A DNA stretch of 64,000 nucleotides from Peribolospora baueri (Eukaryota): the NCBI GenBank assembly GCA_029717555.1, contig JAMDHS010000003.1, positions 434,001 to 498,000 on the forward strand, in the 5' to 3' direction. Positions 54,082 through 64,000 of the stretch are shown piece by piece. Numbering within the stretch: position 1 is the stretch's first letter; every line of letters starts with the position of its first letter. The notes below the pieces were generated by a model that had not been told where the DNA came from, did no database searches, and saw nothing but the letters and a program-made list of their open reading frames with translations. Both the position numbers and the translations under genes were made by a program.

Positions 54082-55910
54082 TCATTCCTCGACGCCCTCG
54101 GCTCTCCGCTCCTTCTCCCTCCGAATCGCCAGCCACTTCTCCCTCTCCTCCTTCTCCTTCTCCAAATCCGGATCAGTAAAGACGGCAAACCGGCTTCTGA
54201 ACCGGTCATCCCATTGGACCGGTTTAGACGGTTTGACAATGTCAAAACCTTCCTTTTCGCCGCGCCAGCTAAGCTCCTTTTTGATACGCTGGGCTCGGAG
54301 CTCGGATTCAGTAGGCGGGGGATAATTCTTCTCTTCCTTTGTAGGTTCCCTTTCTCCCCTCGCCAAGGCGCGCGCAGTGGCCAGCTTCTCGGGCAGCTCA
54401 GCATAGAACCTAGCCTTGGCGTCGTCGAGGTACTTGGGCAGCTTAAAGAAGGAGGGCTTGTAGAAGCGCTCGCTGTCGAGACCCCAGTCGAGGTCGCTGT
54501 GCGTCGGCGCGCCCGTCGTCCTGTCCTCCGCTTCTCGTCCTCCCTCGCGCTCTCCTTGCTCCTCCGTCTCGGGCACCCAAGGACCTTCATCCCGTTGATC
54601 TGGAGGAAACTCAAAATCTCGCCGGCCACCGAGGACGAGACGGATGGCGGTCTCACCGCCCTCGCGCACCTTGTCGCGCTGTCGGAAAAAGCCCACGATC
54701 CTCCTCGGCCAGGTGCGGAAGCCGATCTGGGTGGCATAAGGGACGTAGAGAAGGGGTGGTTGAGCGGGGAGGACGTCGGGTGGGGGGATAAGAGTCGGTT
54801 CTGTGGTCGATCGAGACGAGGCGGCGGGGGAAGGAGGCGCGGGGGCGGGCGCACGACGGAGAGCGGAGAAAGGTGCAAAGAGGCTGGATCGTTGCGACGA
54901 CGAAGAGGAAAGCCGGGAGGGCGGAGCGGCGTCGTCACCGTCCGCCTCTGCCGCCAGCATCCTGATCCGTCGCTCCACCTCATCCTCTTCACCAAGGTCT
55001 TCATCCGCCCTCAAGTTGTCCGCGTCAGGCGAAGAAACAACGCCTTCCGATGCCATCTCTTGCCGCTTTGGCGGCTCATCAAATGCCCGGTCTTCCTCTT
55101 GCTCGAGTATCTTCACCAGCCTCTCCTCCTCCTCTCCTTCCCGCGGCGGCTGAGCGGGGATATGCCCGCTCCAGCCGCGCTTCAATCCAGCCATATACTC
55201 CTTGAATGCGGGTCTACCAACGACAAGGACGCCTCCCTCGAGCTCGCGCTGAAGTTTTTGTTCGGGTGTGAGGATGGTGGGAGGAAGATCCGGCTCGGGC
55301 GGTTGGGGCCCTCTGGCTTCTAATCGGCGTCGGTCGTGCACGCGCGCTTCGATGGCGCGGGCAAGCGCTCCGTGCTGCTTTCCTGCGACGGTCTCCCAGT
55401 CTACCGCTGCCGCCACGAGGATGGGCTGAAAAGAGGAGGGAGAGGGAGAGGTAAATCGTATGAGGGCGGAGCGAGACCTGTGAAGCGACAGGGCCAACTC
55501 ACCTTGACATACTTGCGAAAGTAGCGCAAACCGCGATCCCAGTCATCGTCCTCGGGTCCCTTAGCACCGAGAACGAGCACCTTCCTTCCGTAGTCGAGGC
55601 TGTTATCCAAAGTCTGTTCGCCGAGGTACTTCACGCGGTCCTCGTACTCCTTGCGGATGCGCTTGCACTGTCTCCGGTCGTCCCAGTAGAGGTAGGAGAG
55701 TGTGCCGGTGAGAGTCCAAAATATGAGCCAGTTGCGGCCCGGTAGGCGCGGTCGCCAGGTGAGCACGGAGCGGGGTATGCCCATGTACTGGAGCGGGGCG
55801 AGGGCGCGAGGGACGGGTCGGGGGGGCGGCTTGGCAGGGAGGGTGGACTTGGAGGAGGAGGAGGAGGCGGCGCCGTCGGAGGGCGGGGGTGGCGGAGGAG
55901 GTTGGGCCAT
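54082..55910 (-). CDS. TIM54: Mitochondrial import inner membrane translocase subunit Tim54 (2 exons)
   Basis: RPRLPGRNWLIFW...YWDDRRQCKRIR, YFRKYVKPILVAAAVDWE, GVLVVGRPAFKEYMAGLKRGW, IGFRTWPRRIVGFF. Confidence 0.93.
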
Positions 55911-56537
55911 CTTGGAAGGGCCTGGCCTGATGTGACTGACTCCTCGGCGAGATGGCGGTGACGACTTTGGGCAAGCATTTACAACGACGACGAGGAGGAT
56001 GAAGAAGAATGCGAATAATCGCCTCATCACGTGATGCGAGAAGCCGGGCGAGGACCCATTCTCATAACCCTAAAGTACGGTCCGGAGACATTTCTCGGCC
56101 TCCGCCGTAAAAGCCCATGGATGACCCGGGCGCGAGTTTGTATGCCCGCACAGTTCCATCGGCCTCCACGAGGAACGAGACCGGGTGGACTGGCCCGGCC
56201 CAGCCTTTTGGACATCGACTCCACGAGTAACCTCCATTTCTTCTCCGTCACCGAGTGGCAGCGTCGTGATGAGAAGAAGCTGGCCTTCGTCGATGGGGAA
56301 AAGTGTGTGTGAAGAGTGCAGGGGCTTGAGCGTGTTGGCAACGCCGAACGAGTGCGACATCTCGATTAGCGACCGGTGCAAAGCTTCCGTCTCGTGGTAG
56401 ACGTGGTGTGTCTCCGCAACGTTGGGAATCCCGTTGAACCTTTTGACAGAAAGGAGGAGCGATGTCTGTTCCGGCAGGACAGGGACTGGTTTCGAGATCT
56501 TAATGAGCCTTCGAGCATATGGGAACGTATAAGATTG

Positions 56538-56578
56538 ACAAAAGCTCATTCAACCCTCGATTGAACTGAAAATGAACT
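56538..56578 (+). repeat. Degenerate direct repeat, copy A
   Basis: 35/41 identical to 57281-57321. Confidence 0.8.
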
Positions 56579-56579
56579 A

Positions 56580-57225
56580 CAGTCAAACTTGTCTATAAAC
56601 ATACAAGTTGTACAGCCCGAGGGCTATGCAGTATGTGGGAGGGTGACTATACAGGGCGGGGTCTATGCAAAGTTGCCGCAGTCGTTGCCACAGTCGACAG
56701 CGTCCATCAAGACATGAATTCCAAGCTTTACTATAGAGTATGTACACGTCATAACACAACCATGTTTAAGAAGAAGCGTGTGCAGAAAAGAATTGTCGAA
56801 GATCGGTTCGTTTACTCGTTGACATGTTCTTTGAAAGAGATGGTGAAACGCGGACAAGCACCCACGTGTAGTAACGTTAAAACTGACGGTGGATGGACGA
56901 AAGTGGATGTTACTTGTTCGTTATTGTTAAGAGAGCATACAAAGACGAAAGCCGCAGTAACACAGTTGCCTACGTAGTCATGTCCGATTTCAGCCGCGTA
57001 ACCACGGTGCATATGATCCTCAACCCTAACTATGCATGCCGAGGTGGTAAGGACGGCACCGGTTTCAGTGCTATGCAATATGCGGGTACGTTTGGTATGC
57101 ATGTAGACCAGTGTTTTGACTGGGATTAGTCAATTTTTGGCTGGGGACAAGCGGGAAAGGGAGATCTCTATGCACTATGCGAAGGCATACCTAGGGACCC
57201 GTATGCTAACAGAAAAGTTTGACTG
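56580..57225. mobile_element. pogo/Tc1-mariner-type MITE, 646 bp
   Basis: TA-CAGTCAAACTT...AAGTTTGACTG-TA. The 11-bp perfect TIR extends imperfectly to about 29 bp. TA target-site duplication and an AT-rich non-coding interior. Confidence 0.85.
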
Positions 57226-57280
57226 TAGGTCTCATTGAACGTATGAGGTTAACCAAAGGCCGATGAAGCCTTGTACCTAA

Positions 57281-57321
57281 ACAAAAGCTCATCCAACTCC
57301 TGATTGAACTGAAAGCGAACT
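57281..57321 (+). repeat. Degenerate direct repeat, copy B
   Basis: 35/41 identical to 56538-56578. All six mismatches are transitions. Confidence 0.8.
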
Positions 57322-58344
57322 TAAGTTTGGGATGAGGCGTGGAGTGGCTCGAACGAGGACGGCGTCATGGAGAGGTCGCGCGTAGCGCACCGCCATAGGC
57401 CCGACTCTACGGTAAACTAGTCGCACATTCGTCGAGACGGCGAGGCGAGCCACAAGCGTCGTGCGAAGGCGCCGGACGATCGGTCGGCTGCGTCGACGGA
57501 TGGAGGAAGTGGGTGAGGCGGTCAGGCGGTGCTGCATAGCACTCGTTTCATAGCACTCGTTTCGTCGATGGCACCGCCTTGCTTGGTCCTCCGACCGCGG
57601 TCAGTCCGGTGGACGACCGGCTGGCGACGGCGTGGGCTATGCTATGCTATGCGCGTGATCGGCTGCGGCGGGCGTCAGGGCAAACGGTGTGGCCGACGCC
57701 GTGACGACGGATCGCAACGGCTCGCGACAACGACGCCGTCCGCGTGCGAGTAAGACGGCTGGCTCGCTGGTCGTCGTCGTCGTGGCTCGGTCGGGGCATG
57801 CGCACTAACCTATATCCACCGTCTGTGGGCAACGGATGATGGAGTCACATCCCCCGAGCACTCGAGATCGGACCGGACGCCTCCTTTCTTTCACACCGGA
57901 GGCCGTCTCTCCCGGCGTGACTACGACGGAGTCACGGTCTGCGACGGATCTCGCATCCTACTCACTCTCCCTTTGTTGCCTGCAGTCTTAGTGGCTCTGC
58001 AACACACCGCAACACACCGCAAGCAAGCCCGGCCACCGGCGTCGAGCCCGTGGCGAGGCAGAGTCATGCGCTCAACGACGGACGGACGGATGGATGACTG
58101 TGCCTCGCCACCGTGACACGCGGCCGTCTCGCCGTACTTCCGTCACCGTCGATGACATGACCGCCGTCGGCCGCCTTCATAATCCGGCGCTCAACACCTC
58201 GGCTACGCTCCGCTCGCTCACCCCATCGCACTCTTCCACCTTCTCCCACTCTTCACTTTCCATTCACTTACTTTGCTTCCTTCGCTCGTCTTTCGTCTGC
58301 GCCGAATAACCTCCCCCTCCTTCTCTCTGAGGCCAGCAGACGGC

Positions 58345-58841
58345 ATGTCGTGCTGCTCAGCCTTCAACACGCCTTCGTCCCCGTCGACGACGACGATGAC
58401 GACGACGGCGACGACGCCCGGCATCATCACCTACTCCGGATGTTCCAATCGATCGTGCCCGTGGTGAGCAAAGCCTTCCTTTCTTTCCCGTCAATCCATA
58501 CGTTCTCCGACACAAAAGGCCCCGATGTCTCAGCGTGCTGACCTTGCCCTCGCCTCCCCTTCTCACCTCCCGACAGCTCCGCACTGAAAGGATACTGCCC
58601 GTGCACGATCCCATGCAAGTGTCGCAACGCTCCCCCTCCGCCCCGTCGACGTCGAGGCGCTCGGGATGCGGAGAGAGACGAAGGAGAGGATGATGGGGTG
58701 GAAGGGCGGACCTGTTCGCCGGCTCCTTTAGCAGCAGCGGTCGGGGGGCGCCGGTGCTGTGCTCCTGGTTTCCAGCTCGTCGACGAGCGGCGGGGAGGAG
58801 GCGAAGGCGAAGGCGATGATGAGGAGGCGGGGAGGAGGTGA
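58345..58841 (+). CDS. Small Cys-rich, metallothionein-like protein (127 aa, 2 exons)
   Basis: Intron 58464-58576 (GTGAGC, GCTGAC branch point, pyrimidine tract, CAG). The product contains MSCC...GCSNRSCPCSALKGYCPCTIPCKC...CC. A CT-rich leader lies upstream. Confidence 0.62.
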
Positions 58842-60274
58842 TAATGAGAAGACGCGGAGGCGATGACGCCGGCCGACGACGACCGTTTTCGTCGTCGCTC
58901 CCGCTCGCTTCTTTTTGTTCCCCTCGGACCCATTCGCAAGCTTCTACGCCACACCATCTCATCCTCTTTCTGCCCTCCCGACGACGCCATTTTTCATTCG
59001 ACCGTCGACACGGACGTGCCGCCCGAGATTGTCTCCATTCGGCCACAACCCTAACGTTGTGGAGGACGAACACAGATCCGGCTTGCTATCGCCCTCCCTC
59101 AAGGTCATGCATGCGGCACAGTTAGTGAGGAGAAGAATATGATCGAGGAGACGCATATCGTATATGTGAAGGGACACACTGTGCCCTTCCCCCCACCCAG
59201 ATCGCTCCATCTATCCGAAAAAGTCCGAAATGGTACGTACGTAGCCTCGATGCGCTCTTGCATCCGTCCGTGAACGGTAAGGTGAGCGCACGTTGACCCG
59301 AGTCACAGCTTTCCTCCCCTGCAGCCCAATTGGTGCGCCGCTCGCTCGCTCAGCCCGCCAAGGCCAAACGCGGTCGGTGGACTGCCTTGCCTGCACCGCT
59401 TCTCAACTCGTCTCGTCTCGTCAATCAACGCCGAGCCCGAGCCATTCCACCGAGGAGGAACTTGGACGGCGCCGCTAGCCATGGGCGCGCCCGTCCCTTC
59501 TTCTTCTAGCACGGAAGGAAAATGCGTACTCTGCCGGGAAGGCGAGCCTGATGAGCCGTGCGAGGGATGGAACGTCGCCCGGACACCTCTTTGGCCGACG
59601 CACTCCGTGGACGCGACGGAGATATATTCATGTAGAGAGAGAGGGGGAGAGCGGGGGTCCGAGCGCCATCGATGTATTTTTGTGAGCTGGGCGTGCGGAG
59701 GCGAGCAGGAGGAGGAAGAAAGGCAGGAAGGAAGGGAAAAGGGAGGAAGGGGGAGCTAGCTTGGCTCGGGACCGCGGCGCATCGCCTATCTCCGGGTCAT
59801 TTTCGTTTCATGTCGACCAGCCTCGATCCGTCTTTCTCTCTCTCGCCCAACCGACCGTGAATGTGGAAAAAAGACGGCAATCTTGCTTTTTTTATTATAA
59901 GTGCGCGTGTCTAAAGCCGTGTAGCAAGCAGTGACGTGAATAGGAGTCGCTGCGTCTGTCGTCTTTCTTCCCCTGGGCGCGTGTTGAGAAAAGAAAGCGC
60001 CGCCCCGTACCGCGCCGCCGTCGTCGCCCTCATCGAGCGGTCGAAACGTACGAGCACGGAGGGAAGTACCGGCGAGACCGGAGATTTGCCTCGGGACGCC
60101 GTTGTTGCAAGTCCTGGAAGAGTAAGTACATGGTACGGGTCGGCTGATAATGAATTTAGATGGAAATTGATATAGATTATTAGACTTTTGTCCTTTATCA
60201 AAAAGATAAAATTCATGAGGTGCATAGTATATAGGATGGATCCAAGAACGACCAGACCCTGATCCATGGGGGCC

Positions 60275-62693
60275 TTATTCTTGGTTCGACAAGAGCGACA
60301 GGAAAGGAAAGGCGAGAGAGACAAGTTTAAAGGGAGGGGCGGGAGACGGGGAGATGAGACGGGAGAGGAAGTACAATGTGAACAACTGTGTTTTGCTCCT
60401 ACATTGTGACAAGTACGAACGGCGGCGGGGAGATGAGCAAGGGCCGGCTTTCAATCCAGTGTCGGGACGGACATAACTCACGGGTCAGGGGACCATATCT
60501 TAAGGACTGTCGGAGATGAGGCCGAACGTGCTCCGTCAGACGACGGCGATTCCCCTTCAGCGAAGTTCCTCAACACACTTACCGTAGTTGCCCACACCAG
60601 AGACGTTCTTCGGTCCAGGCTCGGACAGACTGTAAGGCATGTTCTGCAAGATGCGCATCTCGTCTTCGCGGGTCAGATCCGTGTCGTCATCGTGATTGCC
60701 TGCGCGATTTACCAATGCCGTGTGAGTCGGATCAAACCCGCGCGGTCGCAATTACCGCCGCCCCGCCGTTTCACGCGATTCGCGATTCGCGATCGCTACG
60801 TCTGCTGTAGCTCTCACCGAAGATGGCCGCCCACGGCAACTTCCTCTTGATGGCGATTTGTATTGTCTTGGCGATGGTGCTCTTCGAGTCCCAGCTGGTC
60901 GTCTGACCGTTGATCTGGTCGCCTGTGAACACGAGCAAGTCCGGCTTCTCTTCGTCGAGGAAGCGCTCGACGAGCGTCATCGTGTCCACATCGGCCGTGC
61001 AGGGTTTTTTCTGCGGAGACGAAAAAGACGGTGAGACGGCCTGCCAATGACGCGCGATCCTCACTGAACTCACGTCGGAGTTGCGACAGACACCGTGGCC
61101 CTGAGGAAGGCGGCAAAGACGAGGAAGACTGTCAGGGCCGCCGAACATATGGACTGCAGTAAAGACTTGAAAGGGCGAACGAGCTCACCGTCGAGAAGTG
61201 GATGTCGGCCACTTGCATGATCTTGAACGTGCCATCGTTGTGGAACGTAAGTGGCGGCGCTTGCGGCACAGCTGAGAAGCGAGAGGGAGCACCAGCGCGA
61301 AAGCGAAGAAACGAGCGTGAGCAGAGCCAGAGGGACCTCGTCACATGAACAAGAGTGCCACGTCTCACGCTTGATGGTCCTTCGAATGACGATATCGACC
61401 CTCTCGACCCCCGTCCCCTTCTCATGTTCCTCAACCGCCTTGCCCATCCTCTCAAAGTTCCACATCGGCTCGCCGTCGCCGTACACAAGGTCCAGCTCGG
61501 TGATGGCCTTGGGTGCACTCGGGTCAAACGATTCACCCGCCTTCCCGTACACTGTTCCCTCCCTCGGCTCTTGAACATAATTGCCTCCAATGCCGGCGGT
61601 GATCGGAGCAGACTGGGAGCGACCGGGGCGGACGCGATAGTAGATTCGCAAGCCATCAGCTCCTTTCGACGAGCTCTTGCCGCCGCTCGATAGCCAGCTG
61701 CTAAGAGCACTGAACCCATGAGAGGCTCGAATGTCCTCCTCGCAGCGGATCCACTCGTCCTTTCCGCCCGCCAGCTTGTCCTCCTGTTCCTTGGTTTTCG
61801 ATTCGTCGATCAAGGCGAGGTCAACGACGTTCGGAACGTCGGAGCGCCGGGATCGGCGGTAGAAGAGGTAGGGCGCATAGATGGAAAAGGCAGAACCGGC
61901 TCGGACGTTGGGTCAGAGAGGACGGCCGACCCTGACCCACTTGCCGAGGAGAAAATCATCAGCTGGAGTGGACGGGGGCTCGCAGGTGAGAAGAGAGAGC
62001 CAGCTGAAGGCGGCGCAAGGACGGACGGTGATCGCCGTAAAGGGCGCCGGATTGGGTAGCAGAGGAGCGTAGACATCGAGGGGTAGCGATGCTAACGAGA
62101 AGGCCACGACGAGAAGAAATCGGGTGAACGCCCGATGAACGGTGCGCGGGCTCTCCTTCTCCCGCTCTACGAGGTCGCCGATGAGCGCTCACCAGGTCCG
62201 TAGGCACCCGCCAACCCTCCGTTGCCGTACACCTCGCCATCTCCACCTTGTCCGTCCGTTCCACCTCCCCAGAGGTCACCGCCGCCGCCGCCTGGCAGCT
62301 TGTCCAAGTCGGTTCCCTTTCCGCCCGATCCCGTACCGGGGCTAGGGCCCACCGCATCGAAGGCCTGCCATCCGATCTGCGAGATGATCAGCGACGGCGG
62401 GGGATCGCGTGAGAGGTGGAATAGCGCTGATGGGACGAGACGAGACGAGACAAGACGAAACGAGGGGAATAGGTGGTTTAATCGGTCCCAAGCGAAGCGG
62501 AGCGACGGGCGAAGTGATTCGACTCGGTTAGCTTCGGTTCGGTGCGGCGCGGTGCGATTCGAGCAACGCCCCATCCCGCGGTCATACTCCTCCAAGAAGC
62601 GCAAACGCACCGACCGGCTCGCTCACCTGTGAGAAAGAAGAAAAAGCCGATTCCAACGAGCAAAGAGGCAAAGCCACGGAGACGGACGGCCAT
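60275..62693 (-). pseudogene. DCR2/SIA1-like calcineurin-like metallophosphoesterase, in-frame stop and 3' truncation
   Basis: FKIMQVADIHFST, EKPDLLVFTGDQING, WAAIFGNHD, GVGNYVL, TLYFL. In-frame TGA at 61913-61915. Homology stops at about 60365, before the expected C-terminal His motifs. Confidence 0.75.
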
Positions 62694-62817
62694 GGCGACG
62701 GTCTCTCTCTCCTACCCCTTTCCGTCCATCGATCGAGCGGCGGGAGGCCCGAAGGAAGGAGAAGGGGGGAACAGTGGTGGGGAAAAAGCAAGCAAAGGTT
62801 TTTTGAAAACGAGCGAG

Positions 62818-64000
62818 CTAGCTTGCGGGCTTGACTTGGTCGTCCTGAGCCAGCGCTGCCGTCGCCGGGGTCGAAGTTGGGGGGTTCGTGGTTCCAAGCG
62901 TGCCAACGGTCGCCGCAGCAAGATGTTCACGGATCGTACTTGGTTCTCCCCCGGGCATCGTTCGCCTTCGCCCACATCGAGGAAGGGCCTCGGTCGACAG
63001 TCCAAGTCCAAAGAGAGGGCGATAACATGAGCGTGCCGAACCCTCGTCCAGTCGCATGCGGAGCGTGAGGACGGCGAGGTCTGCACGAACCCGTCCGATC
63101 CACCTCGTCGACAAGTTAATTCTAGCGACAACCGTTATAGATCTACATAATGGAACACGAACGATCCCGTTTAAATGGAACGAGTGGATACTGGGGACGA
63201 GGATCCTGGGCATGAAAGGGGCTGTGCCGTGTGCCGGCTGGGGCTTGGAGCCGGTGACGGCCTGGACGGCCTTGTTCGCGTTCTCCTGGATGCTGAGGTC
63301 GGTAGGCGGGATGCGACCGCTGCCGATGTCGTGAATCTGGGCGAGTCCCGCGAGGGCCTGCAGCGCCGCAGGCACCAAGTTGGCCTTGGCGCCCTTGGTC
63401 TTGCCCGCCAGGATGTCGCGGCAGAGGTAGGGCTCGGCGCACAACGGACGGGCCATGCCGATGATATCGCACGTGCCCTGTTGGACGGCCTGTGCCATCG
63501 GCTCGGCGGTGCGGAAGCCGCCGGTGACAGCCAACTTGGCCTTGGAAAGGTACGGGCGAATCTGATCGGAAAACTCGACAAAGTAGGCTTCACGTTTTTT
63601 GGTCGACTCCTTCTTGTGCTCGAAAGCGCCGCTCTCGTAGGTGCCGCCGGAAAGCTCGATCAGATCCACGCCGGCCTCCTCGAGTCGACCAGCCATCTCC
63701 TTGCTCTCCTCGGAATTGAAGCCGCCTTCGGCAAAGTCGGCCGAGTTGATCTAGACAAGGAAGAAGAAGGGGGGGGGGGGTGGACCAGCAACCTGGAATC
63801 CGCTCGTCGCTCGTGCCCCAGTCCAACTTTTATGAGAGCTCACCTTGATGGCGATGATGAACTTGGGGTCGTTGACAGCCTTTTTGATAGCGTCGATAGT
63901 CTCAAAGACGATGCGGCTCCGGCCGGCGAGGTCACCACCGTACTCGTCCGTGCGCGTGTTGACGCGGGGCGAGAGGAACTGGGAGAGGAGGTAGCCGTGC
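62818..64000 (-). CDS. NADH:flavin oxidoreductase / old yellow enzyme family, 5' part outside window
   Basis: [60 protein letters not shown]. Intron 63751-63843. Homology appears to end near 63215 while the ORF runs on to 62818. Confidence 0.88.

Noticed and set aside
53823..55323. Long alternative-frame and antisense ORFs over TIM54 (and similarly over EDC4 and the 45.9-49.4 kb gene)
   Set aside because: Shadow ORFs caused by high GC content and codon bias.
57535..57563. 14-bp tandem duplication CATAGCACTCGTTT
   Set aside because: Only two copies, consistent with slippage. Not an array.
57799..58073. TGCRCNC metal-response elements upstream of the Cys-rich gene
   Set aside because: This is an animal MTF-1 motif, short and expected by chance in GC-rich DNA.
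44330..61915. Stop-codon reassignment explaining the in-frame stops
   Set aside because: TAA, TAG and TGA all end conserved genes in this window (EGD2, SYF1 and GGC1 respectively).

Overview
This is intron-rich, GC-rich fungal nuclear DNA. The protein families and GT(G/A)AG..CTGAC..YAG introns point to a basidiomycete. About 20 spliced genes can be reconstructed: S10 serine carboxypeptidase, GGC1/YHM1 mitochondrial carrier, PIN4/cip2-like RRM-R3H protein, NAC-alpha (EGD2), EMC3, CWC15, a Tim17-like protein, SYF1, 3-hydroxyisobutyrate dehydrogenase, a cytochrome P450, EDC4-like protein, PDH protein X, a Csk1/CAK-like kinase, QCR10, a GST, a DUF4048/Tda11-like protein, SFT2, TIM54, a damaged DCR2-like phosphoesterase and a partial old yellow enzyme. 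Several elements are invisible in the ORF track: (1) a decayed Ty3/gypsy element carrying an intron-retaining fragment of a host NAD-dependent epimerase gene; (2) a C/D box snoRNA candidate in a PDX1 intron, antisense to the LSU rRNA A-loop region; (3) a divergent, inverted SFT2 paralog sharing intron positions with SFT2; (4) a TA-flanked pogo/Tc1-mariner-type MITE sitting between degenerate direct repeats; (5) a two-exon, 127-aa Cys-rich metallothionein-like gene; (6) stop, frameshift and truncation lesions in accessory genes. All family calls come from recalled motifs, with no database search. Spliced gene coordinates span start to stop, including introns.
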